Below the pieces are notes generated by a model. It made no database searches, was not told the DNA's origin, and was given only the letters and a program-made list of their open reading frames with translations. From Trichoplax sp. H2 (lineage: Eukaryota), in assembly GCA_003344405.1 (NCBI GenBank), contig NOWV01000002.1, forward strand, positions 1-64,000: a stretch of 64,000 bases of DNA. The letters run 5' to 3'. This document shows, one piece after another, positions 52,801 to 64,000 of this stretch. The translations under genes were made by a program, and so were the position numbers. Within the stretch, counting starts at the first letter, position 1. Every line of letters begins with the position of its first letter.

Positions 52801-55800
52801 TCGTGCTTGGTGAGACTAAAATACGTAATTGAACAACAATTATCCCAGGAGCAAATGGTAGTCAAAATTCAGAGTCACTTAATAAAGTACTTCAAAAATA
52901 GCATTATAACAACTTTGAATTCTTGTTAAGCTTCAATTCATCGTATCTATTAGTTTTCTTACCAACACTTGTACAGTCTAATAAACTATCCTACGACACG
53001 ATCTGTTCAGGGACTACACAATTTATTATCAATTATGCCCCTTGAAGCAGTGTGGGACGCAAAGATACGTCCATTCTACTGATGAGTGCATGATTTTTAT
53101 ATGCACCAAGAGTTCAGTAGCTAGAATGTACATAGATAAATTCCGATGCTAATGTATAATAACGATTTAAGTTCTGTAGACTTTAATCGTGTTCTATCCT
53201 GTTTTACTCCACATTCTACTAGAATTATCTTATCCATCAATACTACTACGGTATTCTTAGATTAATAAAAAATGCAATAAATAGGTTTTATCTCCATAGT
53301 TTTTATTGCACGACTGTCATACCTTCAATATACACCACCACTATAACTAGCTAAAATAGCTACAAATAGTCGGGATATTTATGCTAGTATTTAAAGCCAA
53401 TTAGACTTATGAGCCTTGCAAGGTTCGTAATTAGTCTAGTGCTACTGTAGAGATATTTTATTGACAATTAAGGAACATTCCCTCAGTACTTTCGGTCTAT
53501 AGAGTTGTACAAGAATCATTAGTTAAGGTTAACGTTATTTGCTAAAGCAAACTTGATAGGTTTTAGTTCGAGCCCATTAATTCAGTAATGGATGGGGAAT
53601 TTCTTAATAAAGTGTGGCAATCAATTGGGGTTGGCTTAAAGCTATTTCTTCTAAAACCATCAATCTTATGCCTTACCTATAGGATATCTCTTGGACTGTT
53701 CCGATGGAGCACTAGTTATCGAAGCACTTTTATATCGATAGACTGATTCTTTAAAGACGCAGCTATGATGACCATTGGATGCCGAACATGAGCTATAATC
53801 TTTAACTTTTTCATTGTCTAAATTGAAGGATTGATTAGCTTAATGTTACTATTGTAGGATAGAAAAGATAGAGGGGAAAATGGCAAGAAATACAGTTATC
53901 TCTAAGATAAAATTATTAAGATTAAATACGAGATATGACCATATTGGGATCATCTGTACATAAGTACTGTAAGTTTACCGTTCCTGTAAAGTTTCATATC
54001 TATTCTATTCTAATGTTTGAGAGAGTAGACCTAACACCATGATGTTTTTCAATAAAGCTTAAACAGCCTCACCTGTTAATATAAGATCAATCATATCTTC
54101 AATTGTCGAATCCAAATGAGCAGAAGGTGCTACTGGATGAATATTAGAAGTTGTAGTATCTGCAAGGATACTAATGACATCGGTATCCGCGGAAATAGAC
54201 GATTTAGTGCTATGTGTAGATGTTGTAGATACTTCCAAGGAGGTAATACTCAAGGTAGATCTCGGAGATGAATAGGATATTAAAAAGTTTGTGAGTGCAT
54301 TATGTTTTACAGTATTATCAAAATTGGCGAAGTTCTGTGGATCTATCAATCGATGATATTCTGCTGTTAATGATCGATCCGAAGAAGAATGAAAGAGAAT
54401 ACTAGAACTTAAAGTGTTATAATATCGAGCGTAATCTTGACTCGATAAAGTCCTATCATTGGAATTAACTTGGTAAGTACTGAATTGGGATGAATGATGA
54501 ACATTTGATATTAGCTTATGGCTGCTACTAACGAATCCTAAATCTTGTCTACTTGTTGATAATAGACTTGAGCCAACTGATAAAACTCCATCTTTAGGAT
54601 GCGTCCTAGAATTGGATAAATTAATATGATTTACAGAGCGTAATGCTCGTTCATCGTTTTGATATGTTCTAGTGCTCCGATCCAATGCCAGTTTATGCTT
54701 GATATTGAAAGTCTTAAGACGGCTAAAATCGTTGATAATCAATGATGAAGAAAATATAGCGATGCTTTCATGATCTGCTGTTGAAGATAAAGATAATACT
54801 TTATGAACTGATGTAGTTGAAATAATATCAGAAGATGGGCTGCTAGAAATGGCAGCGGTAAATAGAGCATTAGCTCTACCTGGTGGTTCTTCACTAGGCT
54901 GCTCCATAGTAGCTGACGACAATGGACGTAAATCATTCGATGTTAACGATGTTGACTTACTTATTACAGTTTTAGACAGTTTAAACAGTTCAGAATTAGG
55001 AGACATTCTTTCGTAATTTGAAAAGGATGATAAAACGGATATTCCACGAGTTGATATAACCTCAATATTGCTAGAATCCTGCCTGTTTATGGAAGACAGC
55101 AAAGAATGCATGTTCATTGAGCTGGTGCGGATATCATCATTATTATCTGAATGGATAAATGATGTATGTAGTATATTAATGTTATTAATCATGTTTGAGG
55201 ATAAAACCACATTAGTTTGCTTGTCTAACATTGGTGATAAAAATATAGATAAATCGTTTTTTGTTGAAGTATTGTAGGTTTTCGTGAAGACAGTCCGATG
55301 TTCTAAATTATTTGCATCGTTAGCAGAAATAGAAGAACTGCTAGTTACCACTGTTGAAGGTAAGCTTTCAACTGCAGTTGCAAAAATACTATTCTGATCC
55401 GAGCTAATAATATGATTTACCGATTGCTCATAATCAGAAATATTGTCGCTGGAGCTAAAATCAGATGTACTTTTCGAGGGCGCCGACGATAAATCATCAG
55501 TATGAAAATTTTCTACATGACTAGAAGTAAAATGAAAGGACATTTCTTCAGAGTTCCAACTAGTTGCAGCAGTTGAAGTAAATGATACAAGTGCAAATTG
55601 ATTATCTCCTATTGATTTCAACTCAGTAGAGAGAGATGAAGCCAATAAACTATGGATAGAAGTTAATTCTAAATTATATCTCAAACTGCTCTCGTCAGTC
55701 GATGGCCAAAGTCCTGTAATAGTATTAGAATCACTACTTGCCATGACTGTAAGTGTATCAGTCAAGAATGATGAAGAATCTCTGATATAGCCGGAGTTGA

Positions 55801-56754
55801 TGCTAGACATAATATCAATCCAATCAGTTGTAGATGATATTGATTCTGAATTACTGTTTCCAGTGGAAGATATAACAGAATAATACTCTGAAGGTAAATG
55901 TTGATATCCACTCGTTATAGTAGTACTAGAACTCAATTTGAATAGTAAATTGGATGATAATGATAGATCTTCCATTAGATAATTCGCGGAAGTATCACTA
56001 CCTAGATTACTGAATGTAATAGTAACCTGCTCTGTGAATAAATCATGATATATACTTATCACCGAATCGCTAGAGGTAAATTCGAATAACTGATCTAATG
56101 ATGACGATGGTGCATGGTTGATTGAACTAGTAGCAAGATCATTGCTATCTTTTGCAGCGGAAGTAATCAGCGAAGAAGAGGATGATACAACGTTTGATAT
56201 TGGAGGTCTTTCACAAAAGTATCGAAATCTATTAGTGCAACGGTAATCACGCCAAGTGAATTCTGATGAAATAAAAGACTTAACCACAGCTACACATCGA
56301 TATGACGACAGGCTAGGATAGCCATTCTTCCAAAATTGCGAACCACTTGTCACATTTTGGCCATTTAGCAGCCATTGATAATCACTTAATACATTATTGC
56401 CCTGTAGATCCTTTAGCCCAATCCATCGAAAATTCATAGTTCCAGTGGCCAAATTGTTTAAACCTTCATGAATTTCTATCGTATTATCAACAGCTAAATC
56501 GCCACCGGGAAATTTTTGGCAATCTGCTCGAGCATCATCAAAGTTTTTCCAAGACCAGTAGTTGCTGTAGAAACAACGATTGCCTAACAGTGTCCAACCT
56601 GCTTCACATTGACCTACAAGATATATTATATTCGAATTAAAGGCATAAAGAGAAACAGCTTGATACAGATAATTTATAAATCGGATTTTCATCTAATCGC
56701 TCTTATTATAATGCTACCTTCAACTTTCAGTATTGTCCAAGTCGCGGAAATAAT
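46837..56754 (-). CDS. Adhesion GPCR paralogue C (CTLD-very long mucin stalk-GAIN/GPS-7TM); first exon uncertain
   Basis: 37-nt signal exon 56718-56754 (IISATWTILKVE, same size and phase as in A/B); 2541-nt exon 54073-56613 (GQCEAGW..CF..DARADCQ..RWIGL..RCV..WRDYRC..YFCE plus S/T stalk; ORF 54059..56692); GAIN exons 53820-50800; GPS exon 50607-50718 (RCMTNHFTSFAVIM); TM1 50236-50342; TM2 KNFIHLNL ~49792-49895; TM3 ~49482-49638; TM6/7 ~48013-48139 and ~47858-47899 (GFLIFYFHC); last exon 46837-46915 (..NKIDDC*). Confidence 0.88.
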
Positions 56755-56801
56755 CTAAATTATGAAATTGTAAATATATACTATAAATTAGTCTGCATAC
56801 C

Positions 56802-56948
56802 ATTGTAATTTCAAGCAGAATAAATTGAATTTTGGTGTTTGTTTTCTCAGCGCTAAGAAATGAATTTACCCTGCGAATCGTTACAATTTCGAGCAGAATA
56901 AGTTCGTTTTTTTTGTTCATTTTCTAAGCGCTAAGACATGCATTTACT
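56802..56948 (+). repeat. ~78-bp imperfect tandem duplication in intron 1 of gene C
   Basis: aatttc(a/g)agcagaataa..ttttct(c/a)agcgctaaga(a/c)atg(a/c)atttac occurs twice. Confidence 0.7.
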
Positions 56949-57259
56949 TTTATTACAGTTACTAATTAAAACTGTCTATAGCCCGAAATTGTGATGATAT
57001 CTTTCTTCCATCGGGCTTTAGCCGGCTAGTACGTATAATAGCCGTCTATTAAGCATACCAACCGAGATCGGGTTTTAGCCGGAACATTTATACTATTTAT
57101 ATATCAAATAGCATTAAGGAAAGAAAGTAATCTATCGTATCGATGACCTGTTAGATTGTCACGGTGTGGCTTTTTAAAGAGAAAATTTTATGTTTATGAC
57201 ACTATAATTTAGTTCATTTTTCAGTAACACTTGGGCTTATAATTTATTAAGGAAAGGTA

Positions 57260-57337
57260 CAGTTACTACTCTGAACTACTAGAAATTACTATGTAGTAAT
57301 TTCTATGCAGTAATTTCTAGTAGTCAATGGCTACTGT
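57260..57337. mobile_element. Fold-back MITE-like element
   Basis: ACTACTAGAAATTACT...AGTAATTTCTAGTAGT inverted core inside TA-CAGT...ACTG termini; related palindrome at 45134-45181. Confidence 0.45.
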
Positions 57338-60300
57338 GCACCCTTCTGATAATGAAAAATTGTCAGTATTTTGAGTGGGCAATTGTCAATGAGGATAAGC
57401 CTGACAATAGGCTCGTAATAGTTTAATTTTTTATTATAAATTTCGATTGATAAATGATTATATCTCTTAGAAGAAAGCAGCAATTTACGCTTAATTTTTA
57501 CCAATATCACTCTATTTTGTTTTTTATTACCCTGAAGTAATTAGTAAATAATGCTGATTCTAAATTATCTAAGTACGTTAATTATTCTTATATTTCAATT
57601 AAATTACTGGCATTATAGTATATTACTAAATAATACTTTATAAAGCTTTAGCATCGGTAATATTTTGGAGTGTATAATAAATATCTTAATAGTAGATAAA
57701 GTCGTTATTAGTAACACAAGTCGTAAGAAGGAAACCTGAATCACAAAAGTAATATCTTCTCATCATGAAATTGCTGAATTTCTTTTATATCAGCTTAATA
57801 AAGCTAGTTATTTAATAGAAAACTTTTATCAATTACGAAATAAATCTTTTTGGATTACAATGGATTTTTAAGGTGAAATCAAGTAGAATTCAGGATTGCT
57901 CTTATTAAATTATAATTAATTGCTCGTGTAAAATAGCACTTTTGCACAAAGGGACATAATATGATCGCAAATAGGGCTGCATTTCTCTTGTTCTGAATTA
58001 TTGCACGTCGAAAAAAAAGATGCCAATCACGTCTACGGGACCTGCAATTGTTTTGTCAATAATATTTGTTACTCTACTCTCACCCGATATTTAAAACAAT
58101 AACTTGCGACATGATTCGCATTATGAAAAAACTGCTTGAATCATAATATTGTATTGAGGCTGAAGTAGTAATGATTCCTTTAGTATTTAGCAATAATTCT
58201 ACTTCTACTTTACTAACGGTAGCTTGATATCGTTACAGACTATCATTGTTCTTTCGCGAGATTCAATTTAAAAGAATTAAATTAATCGTCAAAGATATCT
58301 CTTGATTCGTTAAATTTTTTATCTGCAGTAATGAAACTAACAGTTCAACAGATTACACGAATAACGGAAGTACTCCTACGATTCCAGTACTTTAAATAAA
58401 ATAGTTTTAAAGCTTTTATAGTAACCTATCCATTAATACAAAATTATTAGTTACGGTATCTATTGGTGCAGTAAAGTTGACAAAAAGATGTTATAGTTTT
58501 ACTTAATTCAATCACTTAGACGTGATTTCTTAACTTACATCATCATATGCACATAAATATAAATTTACTGTCATTAATAAATTTAAAGAGCTAAATCAAT
58601 ATTTGTAATCTACGTATATCAATCATAATAAATTTTCTAGTCAATATTGCACCAGCTATTAAATCATAATGTATGGGTTACTTCTATATCGAAACCGAAA
58701 AGGAATAAGAGAAATTGATGTAGATAAGTTATAAAAGACATTTACTACTTTATATGCAGTATAATAGTGTTTAGAATAATCTCAGTGCAAGTTTATACAA
58801 CCTTCTACATTAATTTTCGAATATTTTATTTATTTTTTTAACGATTAGATGGATTAAGCATTTATTATATGTGCGCGATAAATTAATCTTTTTTCGGATG
58901 ATTAATATTTTACCAACTCCATTTCTAGATTAGTTACTTGCTACTACAAACATGAACTAGCCTACCTACCGTGTGTTTTCTACGATAAAGTTTATATAAA
59001 TGTTTTTTTTGTTCAATTGATTTTTCTCTTCACCTGGAATTAAGATCCTGTTACGTGATTTATTCAATCATTACAATAAATAATTATTTAACTACGTTGC
59101 ATACAAACGTAATTAACTCCTTAAAGTACATTTTATCTTATTAAAGAATGTCATCAATAGTACTATATTCTATTATGAGTTCAAGATATGCTAGTACCAC
59201 CATAGGTTATTGAGATATAGTGATTATAAGCGATTTCACGGTCGCTTTGTATTCTCAATTATTACCTACCGTATAAAGTTTACAGTAACCGAAGTAACAA
59301 CGCAACGTTCTAACAGGGGGTAATAAACACAATGGGAATTTTTACAAAAAGCGTTGAATATGTAGACGTATGAGTACAATAAATGTAGTCTTTGCAGTTT
59401 ACGTAAATTTCCATAGAGCCGCTAAAGTAAACAAAATGAGTCATAAATACTAAACATAGCTAAATCTGGTAGCTAAGTAGCTTAGTTTTAAATAAAGTGT
59501 TTAATATTCTTCATTCTGTAGCTCTATAATATTGTTAAGGACTTATTTAAATTTATCCGATTCAATCGTAAATTAAATTGAACAGTGAGCTTATCCAAAA
59601 TCTCTCTATACTTATTAGGTGATACAAAACTATATCATGTTAAATTTCCAAGTAAAAATCTGTTATAAAGCGAAATAATAAAAAATGAGTCTTCCTCACT
59701 GATACAAAACATTCATTGATTTTTAATGAAGTAAAGATCAAAATTTTTATTACCTATTCTTAGTATAGTCGCAGAATTGCCCTCTAAATGTTACTTAATC
59801 GTGAATAATTATTTGTCGTAGATATAAGCAATTTTTTAAACCTAGTCTTTGCCTTACAGAAAGGATAATCATGATAGTCAATTTAGCAATAAAGTGCCGG
59901 TAAATGCTAGGGTATTATACGATAGTCTATTATTTTGATTTTAAAACCGATTCTATAAATCGCTTAAGATTGCGATTCACCCGAATCTGGTGGCTTAATT
60001 AAGAGTTGCCTCATAATGGGCTCACTATTTGACTATAAGTTAAATCGCTAGATAAATCAAATAAAACAGTATATCGGAAATATAAACCAACAAATATCTG
60101 TACATAATCTCTTAATTTGATATTTTGATTTTAAAATAGATATTACTATCGCTTACAAGATTGCAATTGTAGCAATAGCTAAAAACTCGCTCAAAGCTTT
60201 TGCTAAGTGTTCCCGATGTAGGATCATGTTGAAGTATAAGTTTATTGTGTTATTTTGTAGATAAAGCTAGAGCACCAAGTTTAATGAAGTGAGTAATAAT

Positions 60301-60798
60301 GATTAGTCAAAATCTGGTTAAATTAAATAATCTTTTTATGGTGTTGTATATTACTGAACTTGCCGTTCAGAAATAGTAGACCATGTTCATGTGAGCTACA
60401 TTATTGTCTATGTGAAATACAATTTCAGAAGCATCCCTCGTCAACCCAGTAACTGTGAAATTGCCAAAAAATAGCTACTTTGAATAACAATACCTGGTTA
60501 TCAAAGGCCTAAATATTCAAGTATAGAGTAGAAAACTACGGATATAATTAGTTAATTTAATGTAATAAATCATAAGTATATATGTTATGTTATATATAAA
60601 GAACGAAAATAGACTAAATTATAATTATAAAAGAACAGAATTTTTCATTCCTTTATCATCCTATTTAAACAATAATACTTCGAAAAAATGATAGTCTACA
60701 TTTGTCTAAATGTCATAGCGATTACAATCAAAGAAAAGGTACCGTAATTAAAATATGGAAAAGTAATAATCTAAATACATTTTACTATTAATACTTAC

Positions 60799-60825
60799 CA
60801 AAATAGAAATTACGGTAAAATGCAT
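60799..60825 (-). CDS. Candidate first coding exon of paralogue C (MHFTVISIL)
   Basis: ATG CAT TTT ACC GTA ATT TCT ATT TTG|gtaagt ends in ATT TTG|gt at phase 0, exactly like exon 1 of A and B, and completes a hydrophobic signal peptide with 56718-56754. A weaker alternative MEL|gt lies at ~58914-58922. Confidence 0.5.
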
Positions 60826-61134
60826 AACTCCTAAATGGCTTCCTAATCCCTGTGATACAATCATCCACACACTTCAGAAAATCATACTGGTAAAATTGGA
60901 TACCAATTTTAAATTAAGAAATTAAACGTAACATTCATTCATAGATATTTTACTTACTTGAATCAAAAGTATTACCAGTTTAAGACAAAAATTGCAGAAA
61001 AACCAAAAAGCAATCCTGCTTTCAGTATTACACTTACTTCAATATTATGATGTTGATTCGATAGAACTTTGCGTAGACTCTTTTTTCGCCAAAGAGTTAT
61101 CCTAACGAAAGATTAATAAAAAAATTAACCTGAC

Positions 61135-61575
61135 TGTCACGGTACGAACTACCGTAAAGAAATAGCTATCTACATTTGGTTAATATAATATAGTGATAAT
61201 ATATTACATCTAGTTCCTTACAATAGGAATTACTCTAATTATAAATGTGTTACAGTAAATTTAATGCTGTGCTGTAATGTGTACTGAAATGATTCTGTGA
61301 ATGGACATATTGTAGTCCGACTGTGAAAAACTAGTTAGTAGATGTTCTCACCTAAGTATTTTTATAAGATAACTTGTGAATGTTAGCTGCTGTAGAAGGG
61401 TATATAAGCCCGTCAGATAGTTGAATAAAGCAGTTCTCAATTGCATAGTTGTTTTAACGTAGAAGCAAAGGCGTCTAAATTCTTGTGAGGTAGTTAAGGG
61501 ATACTGAATCCCGGGGACTATAGTAATTTAGAGATTTGTTTTACGTTACCCTTGTCACGAAGCTGGTTTGTGATA
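61135..61575 (+). mobile_element. Solo LTR, family 1
   Basis: TGTCAC...GTGATA termini with perfect TSD CTGAC (61130-61134 / 61576-61580); TATATAA at ~61401 and AATAAA at ~61424; reverse complement of 69-507. Confidence 0.88.
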
Positions 61576-64000
61576 CTGACAAATAAATATTGATCTCCAG
61601 GATGTATCATTATTTTTTTAAGTTTGGACATAATATTTTGTTGCTACGTAAATGGAAATCGATTCGGTAGCTTCGTAACTCAAAACTTGACCTAGTTTTA
61701 TTTCGCTGAGATATCTTAATTTACTAAATCGATGGTAGTACTAGTAATTGTTTACGAATTATTTAATCTACCAACAACGAATCATTATCGATAAAAAAGC
61801 TGCTCAACTAGAGTAGAATATATTACGTTTAGTACCATATAAAAATTTCTCTGGTTAAAATTTATGAAAAAATATTAAAAGAAATGATTGCTAACATAAA
61901 ATTATAAACAATTTAGCCTATTGCTAATTACGTCAGGCCGTTAATTGTATAAAGAGATAGTCCATATAATAAATTACTACCGTTTGATACTACTCTCTTC
62001 ATAAGCAAGACCACACTGTTGTGCAAAAATTCAATTCAGTTTACAATTAGTAGAAATAAAATATTACTGTAAAGATCAAACTACTAGCAGCGATAGGAGT
62101 TCTCTAAGCAAAATTTGCGTTCAGTATTGGAATACAAGATAGGGTGCCGTAATACAATTTTACTGTTAAATACCTATTATTTTTTGTTACGATACGATTA
62201 CACAAAATTGTAAGAAATTTAGACTGTAACTATACAAGCTGTCCATAAGGATCGGAAAGTTATATTTTACTAAAAGGTTTATTTGTTTGACGGATCAGCT
62301 CACTGCTATAAATTTTGGATAGCTAATTAGATCATATTACGTGTCATAGAATTTTCAAGTGAGCAAAAGGCGAGGCAAAATTTACCAGGGAGTGTTTGCT
62401 CTTAGACGGACTTAACTTCTGCTATAAAAATTAAAAATTACAACCCATTCAATCCATTTCAATGAAATATGAATTACTATGAATTACTGGAATACATTAA
62501 TTCATCAATGGTAAAAAAATGCGTCAATTAGATCAGGTCAGCAATCATCTAGAATCCAAACTTAATGAAAAATATTGCTATATTAGCAGTTTCTATATAC
62601 GAGTAGATCCTAAGATTGCTATAAAAACTATAATATTTCTTCATTATAATAAAAGTATTAATATAAATTTAGAAGGATTTTACTGATTAACAGATCCCAT
62701 TGTCGATATAAAAACTACGGCTTTTTTAATTAGATCCAATATCAGATAAATGCTACTTATAAAATTAGTCTATTGCTGATGAAGACGATCAGTTAAAGTA
62801 TGAAAAAGCTTATTAGTAATCGATATATTAAGTTACCTTGTAGTAAACGGTTTACATCGTACGAGTATAATCAAAAGTTTCTTAAATATATCTTACCAGG
62901 CAGAAAATCAATTGCTATCAATGAACTTAAAGACTCTGGCTAAAACACCTAATCTTCTTCTTGTATATGTCATGTATTAGTCAAACACCCAGCTCGCGAT
63001 ACTTCGCATACTCGTTTACTGATCATAATGTTTCAGTATATGTTTAATATAATACTTTTGAAAAGCTGTCTACCTGTCTGTTATGCTTACATTTCACCGA
63101 GCATGATCAGTCTTTGAAATCTGAACTCACAATGATTTTTTTCTTAATTTTGATAATAGAATAGACACTATTTAAGATGATATCTTTATGTAAAAAGGTG
63201 CTAAAAATGACGAACTATTCCTGTTCACTGTGAACAGATATTAATAGCTAGCTAAAAAAATAATCCCGTAACATTAATACGGTTAAATCATAATTTTACT
63301 CACAAAAAACTGACTATGCATCTATGTCCTTGGGTACACGACCTCTTCACTGAATTCCTTTCGTATTAGAATAGACACTGCCGATATTTTAGCATAAATA
63401 ACCATCGATCGGTAACAGTTTGCTAATAGAATTTCCAAAATCAAATTGAAAGAATCTAAGAAATTCGATTAATTCTAATCCAACATTCAAAGCTAACTGC
63501 AAATCGATGTCAATTAGAAAAAAATTCTCGGCAGTTTACAGTTGTTCAATTAATAAATTTAAATAGAATGAATAGTACTAATCATAATCAGTAATCTCTT
63601 AAAGCGATATCACTTAGCATCTTCATAAACCTTAGTACAGAGCGTAGAGTTTAATGAAATTGCCTGATTAAAATTGAAATGAAATCGTGCTATTCTCGTC
63701 AAATAAGCAATTAACAAACACTGTCGTCTCTATTATGGCATATCCCTAATGAATAGCAAAGTGATTTGCAGACATCAATTACCATCGTAAGCTTTTAAGA
63801 AAACTATGGATGAATTCGAAAGTTAAGGCTTATTATAAAACTATATCTTTAGTGCCCTTGTCTCAAATAACAATATGTCATATTGATTAAAAGCAATGCT
63901 ATTACTATTGAAAAAGATTTGCTATTTGAAAAAGTGGAATAACAAAAAAAGTCATGATATTTGCCTTCAATGTATTTGCTTCTAACAAACATTTTTACAC

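Noticed and set aside
5865..55277. Remaining 60-90 aa ORFs (e.g. 5865, 7422, 12455, 12924, 23607, 24053, 31555, 39413, 40422, 41511, 41953, 43633, 55068)
   Set aside because: They lie in LTRs or introns or are antisense to exons, often with TTG/GTG starts, and are not conserved in paralogous DNA.
56614..56692. ORF-track N-terminus MKIRFINYLYQ.. of the 877-aa ORF
   Set aside because: Intronic read-through. The acceptor at 56614-56615 and the 37-nt exon 56718-56754 match the A/B gene structure.
62386..63110. Possible minus-strand exons of a neighbouring gene (PESLSSLIAIDFLP ~62897-62939; AEVKSV* ~62402-62421)
   Set aside because: Splice-like boundaries only, with no recognisable domain or paralogue support.
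1..64000. tRNA, rRNA or prokaryotic operon features
   Set aside because: None recognisable; the sequence is spliceosomal-intron-rich eukaryotic DNA.

Overview
AT-rich, intron-dense eukaryotic (animal) DNA; the compact introns look placozoan-like, but that is an unverified inference. The window holds a minus-strand tandem array of three apparently intact adhesion GPCR (ADGR, class B2) genes: A ~9118-21728, B ~28277-40242, C ~46837-56754 (first exon possibly at 60825). A truncated pseudogene copy lies at ~3240-5788. Each gene encodes signal peptide, C-type lectin domain (CTLD), Ser/Thr-rich mucin stalk of very variable length, GAIN/GPS domain with a non-canonical C-x-T-N-H-F/T-S-F-A-V site, 7TM and a divergent C-tail. 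Three repeat units also carry a decayed, convergent plus-strand reading frame for a hydrophobic, possibly GPCR-like protein. Introns and spacers contain at least ten solo LTRs with 5-bp TSDs, two Helitron-like 3' ends, short fold-back MITE-like elements and Tc1/mariner-type footprints. An allelic overlap flanks the 20-N gap. All exon coordinates were derived by eye from GT-AG boundaries and paralogue comparison.
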